Source of the DNA: Cycas panzhihuaensis
Lineage: Eukaryota > Plantae > Cycadophyta
Direction: 5' to 3'
Length of the DNA stretch: 64,000 bases
NCBI GenBank assembly: GCA_023213395.1
Contig: CM041465.1
Span: forward strand, 88,605,741 to 88,669,740
Shown: positions 52,685-64,000 of the stretch, one piece after another
Position numbering within the stretch: position 1 is the stretch's first letter
Layout: each line of letters begins with the position of its first letter
Program-made: the position numbers and the translations under genes
The notes under the pieces: generated by a model
The model's database searches: none
The model's input: only the letters and a program-made list of their open reading frames with translations
Told to the model about the DNA's origin: nothing

Positions 52685-55040
52685 TTGACATAGAGTTGTA
52701 GTTCATTGATAAAAAGTAAGAAAATAAATATGAATACATCAAGGGAACCATAAAATACTCCACTAGTATAGATACACATATGGTCATATATTTACCTAAC
52801 GTTATGACATTTATAGAAAATGAGGGTAAGGGCTCAAACCCAATTTTTAGGATACATTGTAATGAAGAGGTAACTTGTTCCTTGATTGATTTTGATGATA
52901 ACTCTTCATGTAATCAAGAACCTACTTAAATGATAATTTAAACATCAACAATACATTATGAAGTCATTATATCCATTGGAGCTTCCTTGGAAGATGATCA
53001 TAAAATAGTTATTGAACTTCATTGTGGACTATCAAGCTTGAATCATTCTCATGATGAAGAAGGATACCAACTCACTACTCATTTTGAAGATGTTATTCAT
53101 GTTCCTAAATTAGAGAGGTTGAAAAATTTTATTAACGAGGAGAAGGATCACTTAGATTTGACTTTTAAAATGTCATGGGATAAAGAGTTTCTTGAAGATA
53201 AAGAGAAGATATTACCTCTCATACATGGATATGAAGAATTCATTGATAGGATGGAGTTTCATCAAGAAATTAAAACAATGGAGGAAGTTGAAAATATGCT
53301 TAGGATGACCACAAATCAACTTATTGATTAACAACAACAACATGATTCTATTGGTAGATTTGAAATATTAGAAATTATTTTTGAAATAATAAGAAATGAA
53401 GATGGCTTGGATTTGGTGTTAGACATAGATTTTAAAGAAAAAATGTTCATTTTTTAATCTAATTTACATGATAATTTCTCATGTGATTAAGACTTGTTAA
53501 TATTATTGTTATGCATACATCCACATTAGGCTACAAAGACTCATCTCAGGTCTTTGAAAATGATAAGCACATAATGTTCTTTATAGAAGGATGAGAGGAG
53601 GATGATATTGTTGAGGATACCATGGAATAAACATTAGAAAAGGGAGTAATGTAAGGCACAATCATAAAGGAAGAACTAATTCAACATGGATTTAATGAAA
53701 TTTTTGAAGAGATTATGAATGTAGAGACTATCTTTAAAAGAACTCATGAATAAGAGAAACTTCTAGGGAAATAAAATAAATTGAATATACTAACAAATGA
53801 TCTTAATTTTAGTTAGCTGCCTTATGATCCTATGTACTCTAATCCATATTTAACATATTTTAATCTTCACTTTAAGACTAATTTCTACCCCAAGTCGTGT
53901 GATGAAATATTATCTTCAAAATTAAAGTCTCCACTAAAAATATTAATTGAAGGCTTTCTATATAGAAATGAATGTTTCTATTATTTTCATGTATATAATG
54001 AAGAATCCCTCTTACCCTATCATCTTGTTTTGAACAACATGCAACCATTTATATAGAAGATGGAAAATCATATAAGTTATATGTTCACACTAATGAGTCT
54101 ACATGTGAGTCTGTTGTTGTTCTCTACAAATTATTAGCAAATTAAACCTAATCTTATCAACACTTTAGTATTCACAGCTTGTACATATTAGTATAGGATT
54201 TCTATTTCTAAATTTTTTATTTTTATCAACCCATTGGGGTTTAATAAAAGTAAGGAGGCCAAATGTTACCCCTCAATTTTGGCCCCTACTAAAACATGGT
54301 GTGTAAGAAAATAAAACCAGCTAGTACTTCAATGAAGAAAGAGAAAAGATAAATGAGGAGAGGACTCTACAACTCAAGGTACTTCAAGGCTTAGATGAAA
54401 GTCACTTGAGGCATATTAAATTTTAGAAAGATGGAGTAGTAGCTTTGACATACATGAATGGTGACTCTACTAATGACATGAAAGTATTTAACCACTTTCC
54501 TATAGGAAGATCTTTTGAAATAAGAAAGGAACTAAGTATGGGAAGATATTTTGAAATAAGAAAGGAACTAAGTGATAAAATTAAGAGGTTACAAGAATGA
54601 TTGGTGTAGAGAACACTTGTGCTGGGTATTTCCATGTGGGAGGCATTAATGCAAGAAAGGTTTATATAGGAAACTATCATTCAAAAATGGGATTAAAAAT
54701 ATAATTCCCATAGGTTGTTCTCCCATGTGAGGGATATTTTTCATGACACTTTTAAGAAAGACAATTTATGCAAGAAGATTCCATATGGGACATGTCGACA
54801 TGGGAAAGAGACAAACATATGCAATTCCCATGAATTGTTCCCTTATGATAAGGGTTCATTTCAAAGCACTTTCTAAGAAATAGATATTATATAGAAATGA
54901 GTCATGTGGGAAGAGTAAATACAAGAAAAGAGATAGGGCCTAGCACATAAGTTAAAATGACATAGATGAACTTAATGCCAAAAAAATAATCTATGGGAGA
55001 AAGACATATACAAGAGTACTATTATACAAGATGCATGCAT

Positions 55041-56545
55041 TAACAAAATTAGAGGGCAAAAGCAAATACATATAAAGCAATAAGCAATAAGAGAATAAAG
55101 ATAATCAGATACATTAGTGGTGTTGTTAAACACTGGGGTCTTTGGACCACATGTAAATTAGGCAAGACCAAGAGGATTTAGCATACCTCTTAAGGTCCAC
55201 TACTACTTGGCATTCACAAACACTTGACAATGTGCTGCTATAAAGTATTTATCCAAGATATAGGTTATTATCCTAATGTGGGCATTATTCTAATATTTCT
55301 CCCCCATAATACCCATTTGGGGAGACTTTAAGCTTATCTTTGAATTTGATCATCTTTATTATATTAAGTACCTTTGTGAAGATGCCTACCACCTAATCTT
55401 CTGTGTTATAATAGTCTGACTCTAATTCATCTTACTACACTAGCTCTCTAATAAAGTGTTATGTTTCAATCTACTTTCTTCTATGATGATACACTAGATT
55501 CCTAGTCATCTAGATTATACTTTGATTATCACAAAATAATTGTGTGAAACTAATATGCTCTTATTTTACATCCTAAAATAATATCCTAAGCTAAATTATC
55601 TCACAAGTTCCTACTACAATTATTTTGTACTCTGCTTCTATAATAGAGAGAGATATTATTACTTATTTCTTTGAACTCCATACTACTACTATTGAACCCA
55701 AACTAAATGTATAAACTGAAGTAGGTTTCTTTTCATCTATACAACTTGCCTAGTCTGAGTCTGTATAACTAATAAACCTATAATCCCCTAATGACCTATA
55801 ATACAAACCATACCCAATAATACCTCTAAGATACCTAAGAACCCTTTTGGCTACCTGCCAATATTTTACCTTAGGCTTATATATAAATTTAGAGACCACA
55901 CTAACTGCATATGTAATGTCTACTCAAGTTGAAATAAATAAGGCTTCTAATCATCTGTCTATAAGGTATAGGATCAATTGATTTAGACTCCTCAATATTA
56001 GGCAATTTTAACCCAACTTTGTTGGTGTTGTGAGTGGCTTACAACTATCCATGTTGAATTTATATATCATATCAAATGTATATTTCCTTTGTGATATAAA
56101 TATCCCTTTCTCATCCTGCCATACTTTAATTCCTAAGAAATAATGCATAAATCCCAAGTCTATTATTTCAAACTCTATGCACGTATCTTCCTTAAATTTT
56201 TAAGATAAGTAATCACAATTCCTAATATATACTAGGTCATCCATATGTAATCCCATAATTAATATTAAGCATTCTTCTAACTTTATATATAAATTGGGGT
56301 CTGATTATCTCCTTAGGAATCCCTTATCCTTAAAGTATTTATTAATCCTAAACTACTATACTCTAGGTGCTTATTTTAGTTCATACAAGATCTTTTTTAG
56401 TTTATTGACCTTGTCTTCTTTTTCTTTTACTTTAAAACCCTTAGGTTATTAGAAGTATATCTTCTCATCAATATATCCATTTAGGAAAGTACTTTTCACA
56501 TCCATATTATGGATTATCCGACCTTGTTATGTAGTTAGGGTCATT
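55041..56545 (-). mobile_element. Ty1/copia 3' fragment (RT-RNaseH-PPT-partial 3' LTR)
   Basis: MDVKSTFLNG (~56480-56505), LHMDDLVY, YTDSD*AS (~55760) and IFTK (~55378). PPT (reverse complement GGGGGAGAA) at 55297-55305, LTR edge ~55295. The terminal region resembles 34220-34260. Confidence 0.88.
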
Positions 56546-56547
56546 AT

Positions 56548-59500
56548 TATAATCCAAGACATCCTCTAGTTGGCCAACTTCTATACTATCATTCTAGCCA
56601 ACTTACATGTAGAACAAACTCCTAGTAATTACCTAGTTCTGGCTAATTTCATTACGGAGATATCAAATGACTATATATAAGGTTACAAGGCCTTATTTAT
56701 AGATATCTCAATAAATTGTTTCCTAGCTTTTGCTTGACTTTAGTACTACAATTAGCTCACTCCTTTGGGATTGTTATTTTTAGAGGTTTCCTTGCCTTGA
56801 AGAGGGAAGTTCACTTTAATCCATCTGGCTTATACATTTAATATCTTTAGCGTATACTTTCCTTAGAAGAATTCTCATCTATGAAGATATTTTTGGTCAA
56901 TTACTACTACTATCTTCTATCAATTCCTAGTATAATTATTATTTTTCAAGGGATTTCAAGAGGAATTCTAAGATAAAGTGAGAGTTATTGGTCCAAGTAG
57001 TATCAGAGCTTTTTTAAAACTATCTTGAGAAGAATTTCCTAAGAAGGAAGTAAATCCCCCCACAACCCCCCCTAGGGAAAATAAATATTCCTTCATACCC
57101 ATCCTACCCTTTCTCTAAAATTCTCTGATCCACTAAATGGAGCTAAGATCAAGGAAAAAACTTCAGAAAAATAGGATGATACATCATTAGCCACTAATAA
57201 TTTGAGAAGTAAGGAACAAGAAGGAAGAGACATTTATCAAAATGTCTAAGGAAATCATTAGCTCTTTTAGAAGCATCCAAGTCTTTATTAATACCCTTAA
57301 TAAGAAATTAGATCCATAAGAGGGAGAAACATTTGGGATAGAGAAACTATGAGTCTTTCTAAAAGTCAATGAAGAATTCTAGGATCAAGGTGATCAAGGG
57401 GAGGATCAATAAATGAATAAAAAAAGATATAATAGGATAGCCTATGAATGTTAGAAATAGAAGACAAAGCAAGTAGGCCATGGTCTCAAAGGAACTAAAT
57501 TCACGCTAGAAAATTTTGACTTGAATAAATCACAAGATATTTGGAGCTAGCTACTAGAAATAGAGACATATTTTTAAGTATATGCACCATCAGAGAAAGA
57601 CAAAATATTAATAGCTTCTCTCCACTTATATGGAAGAGTATTAAAATGGTTCTATTAGTGGAAAAAAACTAAATAGGTATACACAAAACATGAGAATATC
57701 TAAAAGTAGGTTTAATTAGTCAATACAAAGGCTTATGGAGTACTAACTATTTTGCCTAGTTAACTTGACTATAATAATATGGATAAGTATAAGAATATAT
57801 AGAATAATTTTAGAGCCTCCAATATCTAATCTTAGAATGGATTCTACTAGAATATATTATGGAAACTTGTATCAGTGGCATGAAAGGATAGATTAAATTC
57901 CATATCAAATCGATGAATCCAATAACTAATTAGGAAGTAATTAAGATAGTAAAGAACATCGAAGCTAAATTTAGGGAAGGGAAACCCACTTATATTTACA
58001 AACATGAACTAAGTGCATGCTAATATCAAGGGTCTAACATTAAACCCAATCAGGAACAAAAATAGATCCTCCATTGGCACTTAGGAATATAAATGAAACA
58101 GTGGAATATCAAAAGAATACCTTAAAAAGGGAATATTTTTTAAATATAAGGGGAATGGAACAAAGAGCATCAATGTCTAGCAAAGAAAGTATTCATGATA
58201 AATAATGAGAACATAGAAATTTCGAAAGGAGAAGAAGTAGAAGAAAACAACCAAAATCCAGAAGAAGGAGTTGAGGAAGATAAACGTTTAGAAATAGATG
58301 CAAAGAATGTGTAAATCTCTTTATAAGCTATTACATGGTAAAATGTCACTTCTCAAACTCTTCGATTTCAAAGAATGATCAAAGGAACTTTGGTGGCAAT
58401 CTTGGTAGATAGTCGGAGCACCCATAATTTTGTTAATAAAGCTACAACAGAGAAATTATGATTAAAGATGCAAGCATTAAATACTTTCCAAGTTTATATT
58501 ACGAATGGAAAAATAACACCATGCAAAGGATATTACAAGTTAAGAAGATTACAAATTAGCAAATACTTAGTAACCACATGTATATTTGTAATGCTGATTA
58601 GAGGAGTAGATGCAGTCTTAGGTATTCAGTGGCTACAGACCTTGGGAAATATAATCACTAATTATATGATGCAGTTCATGTGTTTCTATCAAAACATATG
58701 CAAATATAAACTACAAGCACTAGCCACACATTTGATGTAGTTAGTATCTTCATACTATATGGAAAAGATACTAAAGAAAAATCCTTCAACATTCATACTA
58801 ATATGCTATAAAATAGTGGTGGAAGATGTATTGTTAGAAGTACAAGTAATTATAGATGAATATAGTTTAGCATTTAAGGAACCACAAGGGATTCCTCACC
58901 AATGTGACTATTCACATACCATTAAATTAGTACTAGGGGTAGCACCTTTGAATATATGACCATACAGGTATCCATACCATCTAAGGAAAGAAATTGAAAA
59001 GATCACTTGAGAACTCCTACTCTAAGGGAAGATTGCAAATAGTACAAGTCCATTCATATCTCCAGTGGTGATAAATCAAAAAAAGGGTGGATCGTATAGA
59101 ATGTGTATAGTTATCGAGGACTGAATAAACTAATGATAAGGAATCATTACCGATCCCCAGGATAAATGATTTACTCAATAAAATCCATGGAGCTAAATAC
59201 TTTTTTTTAATTAACTTATGATCTAAATATTATTAGATATGTATCAAAGAGGAGGATATCTACAAAATAGCATTGCACACCCATGAGGGATTATTCAAAT
59301 TCAAGGTCAAGTACTTTGGATTAATAAAAGCTCTAGTAATATTCCAAAGCATTATGACTTCTATATTCAAATAATTCTTACAAAAGTTCATATTAGTATT
59401 TTTTAATGATATACCAATATATAGAAAAACATATAGGTACATCTAAAGCACATCAAGATAGTCTTATAAATTTTAAAGGAAAATCAGTTCTATGTAAATA

Positions 59501-60291
59501 AAAGAAATGCATATTCAAAAAGGAGGAGCTAGAATATTTAGGTTATATTATTGTTAGATAATGTGATAACAATGTTTTGGAGGCTGAGATTTTGATAGGT
59601 TGGCACCATGGTTTCTCCCCCAAACTTCCTTGGGGGGTTCTAAAGGGGGCAGAGGCCCCCTTGGCCAAGGGCTATGAGGGGTATTGGAACCACACCTCCC
59701 CCCTGCAAAGAGGGGGTTCAGAGGTGATAGTGCCTAACCCAAAAAGCTAGCACTAAAAAGCATACTAAATTGTAAAGAGAATCAAGATCATTTACTCAAA
59801 ATACCCTAGATTCTATGGTTGAGATTTGTGCCTTATATAACTCTCTCATATAGCCTGATTTAGGGTGTTTTTTCATTATGTTGATGGTGTTCGATTATTG
59901 GATATACTGTGAAGAGTTGGGTAGCTAGTTGTTGTTGTTGTTAGCATTCTGCTACAGATTATGTATATTTATCCATTCTTTAATAATAAAGATCAATACC
60001 TTTCCCATGTGGATATTTTCCTAACACACCGCTAGGGTTTTACCATATTATATTGGGTGTAAATGTGATGTTTTAGATTTTTAATTCATTTTATTATATT
60101 ATCTCTAGTTTAAAAACTTGCATGTTAAATTTTAGTTTTGATTTCTGTAACTAGTTACAAAATAGTTTGGATCTTGGTGGTGGTTTCAGGTTATTAGGAC
60201 CTTGTCTTCTCAATAATTATCACAAGGGATAACATTAAGATAGACCCTAAGAAGATTTAAGCCATCGTCAATTGATTAATACTAAAGAATG
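56548..60291 (+). mobile_element. Ty3/gypsy (chromovirus-like) 5' LTR-PBS-gag-PR-RT, interrupted by a solo LTR and cut by a copia insertion
   Basis: PBS TAGTATCAGAGC at 56998-57009. gag LLEIETYF...EKDKILIASLHLYG. Protease ILVDSRSTHNFV at ~58400 and DAVLGIQWLQTLG (ORF 58468). RT PYRYPYH, STSPFISPVV, YRGLNKL, FFNDI, EYLGYII|TRDNIKIDPKKI. Confidence 0.9.
59552..60215. mobile_element. Solo LTR (664 bp) with TSD ATTAT
   Basis: TGTTAG...CTCAATA flanked by ATTAT at 59547-59551 and 60216-60220. Removing the LTR and one TSD restores the gypsy RT frame (GYII-TRDNIKIDPKKI). Confidence 0.93.
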
Positions 60292-63200
60292 TATTAACAT
60301 GGTAGTTCTTTGTTAAGCAACTAAGTTAATATTAATATGGTTTAACTAATGGTGATTAGCAAAAAGATGCAAAGAATTCAAAAGGTCAAGTGACACCTCT
60401 TAGAAGAGTATAAAATCCTTGAGCCCTTATATCTTCAATACATCATGTATCAAATCATTGTGAAACAATCAATGTGATCCACAAAGGATCTTTTATGGTG
60501 GGTTCTTTCTTGAAAGAGTTTTTTCCACGTAAATCCTATATACTATGCATTTGTATTATGTGTGTATCTTTCTATTACTTGCTATATATGGTTAAAGATT
60601 TTATAGATGGGAACATACATATATAATTTCATATTCTCCAATATGGTATCAGAGTTGTAGGGTCCTATAAATCTAAGGTCAAACATTAGACAGAGTAGTG
60701 AGATCGTTGGTTGCTGGGTGAAGCCATTAAATCTAGGACTTCTCTTGAGGATCCATCAACTCCAACAATGTGCAGAAGTAGGTACAGTAGATTAGTGGTG
60801 TGTGAAGAAGTAAAAATCACTAATCAATAAAGAAAAAGGATCAGTTGTGGTCAATATTCAAACATGCAAGCCACAAATGTAGAAAGAGGTGGCTTGTTAG
60901 GGGTGATCCAAAACCTGTTAGTAAATAAACATATTACAAGATCCAATAGAAGTGCATACTAATGGAGATCAAAGAATATTAAGGATAGTCATGCCTATAT
61001 ACATGTGAATCGATTACAACTCTCATCAAAATACCCTAAAATCAATGGAATAAGCCTGTTGTTAGCTACTGCTTGCTATCAAACCCCTTCTTAGCACCTA
61101 TGGACATGATTGGAGCCTATATTGGTGTTTTTCTATCTATACATAAGTGTTGGAATGAGTGTACAATAGTAGAAGTTTGTATTTCTATTAAGGAAAACTA
61201 CTTCATTAAAGAGTTTTCATATTTATGAGAATATTCGTGACTTATATGTGTGAGTAAAGCTTGGAACAATCATATTAAGGTTGGCTAGGTACTTATACAC
61301 ATTGGCTAAGCATGTTTAGAGGTGGTTGGGCTATGTTTGGGTTACATACTAGTCATACAAGTGAGTGTAGACCCGTAATAGCCATGGTTGGTCTAGCCAT
61401 TGATAGTGCCTATTGCGGTAGCTGTGCCTCTCAAGATCATACATATGCAACTTTTGATTTTATTTTTCAGTGATTTTTACTAAGGTTGATACTTAGTAAA
61501 TAATATTATCACTTGTGCCTTTTATTCTCAATACATGGGTTAAGTGAAGAGGTATCAGGATGTAATGGAAAGTCATAACTCTTAGAATATACCTTTTGGT
61601 ATATTCCTCTCAATATAAATTTATAAAAAGGCCCTTTTTTCCATTGATATTATACCATGTTTCATAGTGTAAAGTACTTTAAGGTTATTTAAAGTATTCT
61701 TGACACATTTTGAGCACGAATTGATGAGAATTTTTTTTTTTTTTTTGCTTAGAAATTATGCATTATTATTGTGAGAAGTTATCCTAAGTTCTTGGAGCAC
61801 ACTATTAAGTGACTTAAGGGTTATTTTTTAGACTTTTTAAGTATATTTAAGGGTGCTTATGGCTATTAGTGAGGGGAGAATAGTCAATGAACTACCTAAG
61901 GCATGTATAGTTAGTGTTTAGAGTATCCCCAAAGTGTGTGCTTAAGCTAGAGGAGACAACAATGGTGCAATTTTGTCTAGAAGGTCTATTAGACAATTGT
62001 TTGGGATTTTATTGACTCGTGTTGAAGCATATTTCTTGAGATGCAACACATTATATCGAAGGTTATCTTTAATGGTAATAATTTCAACAAGTGGAAGGCT
62101 AATATGGAGTTTGTTTTAATGGTGAATCAACTCTAGCGTATCATTAAGGTAAAGGTGGACTCAATTCTATTAGATCATAAAGAGTTTGTTCAACTTGAAG
62201 AGAAGAAGTTAATGGTCATGGGATTACTAAAATTATCACTAATGCCAATCCAAAAAGTTTTTGTTCACAATCTAGAAGAACTAGATAAAATTTGGATAAA
62301 ACTATGTGAAACCTTTGAGAAAAAAAAGATGAATAAATATCTTACTCTGATGTTGGAGTTACTCAATTCACGTGTGAAAGATGAGAACAATATCAACTCC
62401 TACCTGAATAGAATTATAAACTTAGAGAATAAACTAGAAGAACTCAAGTAGAATTTGATCGACAATGCATTGTTGTTTGTTATAATTATGTTGAAACTAC
62501 CAACTATATTCGTCACTTTTCAACCCATATAGGGTAGAGATAAGGTGATGGAGGCATAAGTTTTTTATACCCTTAAAAACCTTATTCTAGTGGAGGATTC
62601 CAAGTTAACATATCATAGTATGCTTAGACATTCTGAATCAAGTAGGACCTAGCCATGAAGACTCAAAGGAAGGAGGTCACTCAAGAGGAGAAGCTCACAT
62701 ATATGTCTAAAGAAAGTTCACAGGAAAAGAAGAAATTCAATGGGAAATACAATTATTGTAAGAAGGATGGTCACAAAGAGAAGAACTATTAGCTTAAGAG
62801 ATATGACAAGTGCAAAGTAAGCTAGGATAATAAAGGAAAGAGCATTGTTACTCATTATTTCAGAGCAAAAACCTTATCAACCAAGTCAAATTAGAGAGAT
62901 TATTAGATTCTTGACTCTAGAGCACAGAAGCATATCTCTTACCAAAAGTGTAACTTTGATACAGTAAATAAAATCATAATAGTGCCAAAGTCATCCTTGG
63001 AGATGCTTGAGTATTACTGATAGAAGGTATCAACAAAGTATCCATTATAGGTGGTAAGTTTACTAGGGTATACTATATACCCAAGATGTAGTTGAACCTT
63101 CTTTCAGCCTAGGAGATCTACAAACAAGGTACGAAGGTGGAGTTATACCATGATAGATGCTTAATTAAGGATCTGAAGTAGAACTTCTCTATCATTACTA

Positions 63201-64000
63201 CTAGAAAAGTCAAAGACAACTTTTGGGTATTGAGAAATTTCAACCTTAGAGAAGTCTTATGTCTTTGTCACTATTTTTAATGATATGAGTAAACTTTGGC
63301 ATAATCACCTAGGACATCTTAACTATAGGAATATTGCACTACTAAAGAGGTTAAAAATGGTAGAACGATTACCATCAAATTCATGTTCAGATGGTGTTTG
63401 TGAAGGGTGTATATATAATAAGTATCACTACTATCTTTTTGCTCAAGATAATGTCTAGAGAGCTAAGGAAAAGTAAGAGCTTATGCATTCAGATATAATA
63501 GGACCACTCCCAAACCCTTTAGTATCAGGAGTTAGTTACACCCTTGTGTTTGTAGATTATTATACTAGGAAGGCCTAGGTATACTTTCTCAAGAATAAGT
63601 CAAATGTATTTGATCACTTCTGTGACTGGAAAGTGATGGTGGAAAATGAAAGTGATAAGAAAATTAAGTTATTAAGAAGTGATAATGGCAAGGAATATGA
63701 CAATCATATATTTAATTAGTTCTATCATGATCATGGTATAAAACAGGAATTTATAATCTCATATAGCCTATAATAGAATGGAGTTGATAAAAGAAAAAAC
63801 CATACCATAATAGAGATGACTAGGTATATGGTACATGCTAAAAACCTACCATTGATGTTTTAGGCAAAGGTTGTGGTGACTGTTGTATATATTTTGAATA
63901 GGATACCCACTTAGCTAGTTTATAACATGACCCCTAAAAAAAATGGACCAGTCAAAAGCATGCTATTAACCATTTGAGAAATTTTGGGTGTATTAGATAT
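60292..64000 (+). mobile_element. Ty1/copia family X 5' part (LTR-PBS-leader-gag-PR-INT); runs off the right edge
   Basis: LTR ~60292-60643. PBS TGGTATCAGAG at 60644-60654. gag VIFNGNNFNKWK at ~62065. ORF 62155-62451 is homologous to ORF 23142-23336. Zinc knuckle YNYCKKDGHKEKN, protease *ILDSRA at 62904, integrase WHNHLGH/CEGC/LRSDNGKEY. Confidence 0.93.

Larger units (their letters stand above)
48640..55040 (+). mobile_element. gag-only non-autonomous Ty3/gypsy (Tat/Ogre-like) element with long LTR
   Basis: 48671-49363 is colinear with 54298-55040. 3' LTR starts TGTTACCCCTCAATTTTGG at 54264, after purine tract AAAGTAAGGAGG. 5' LTR ends ~51575, followed by TAGTGACCATACTGGGGA (51577-51594), resembling the tRNA-Arg PBS TGGCGAC...CTGGGGA. 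3' LTR is truncated and the left boundary is approximate. Confidence 0.8.

Overview
Very AT-rich plant heterochromatin-type DNA. A gymnosperm-like origin is inferred from the element types and the extreme C>T/G>A decay; this is not proven. The window is almost entirely nested, decayed LTR retrotransposons, with no intact protein-coding gene, RNA gene or CRISPR array. It holds eight Ty1/copia copies or fragments. One is complete, with a 5-bp target-site duplication (TSD) TAATG at 41621-48183. There are three Ty3/gypsy remnants: a Tat/Ogre-like gag-protease piece, a gag-only Ogre-like element with a tRNA-Arg PBS, and a chromovirus-like gag-pol split by a solo LTR with TSD ATTAT. Several non-autonomous LTR elements are also present. 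The most notable structure is a non-autonomous LTR element at 37248-40755 (LTR-PBS...PPT-LTR). Its interior has no retroelement genes but carries decayed fragments of two unrelated host gene families: an LRR receptor ectodomain (about 12 LRRs plus N-cap) and a PLS-type PPR gene. This looks like LTR-mediated multi-gene capture. All alignments, translations and coordinates were done by eye; boundaries without a TSD or paired LTR are approximate.
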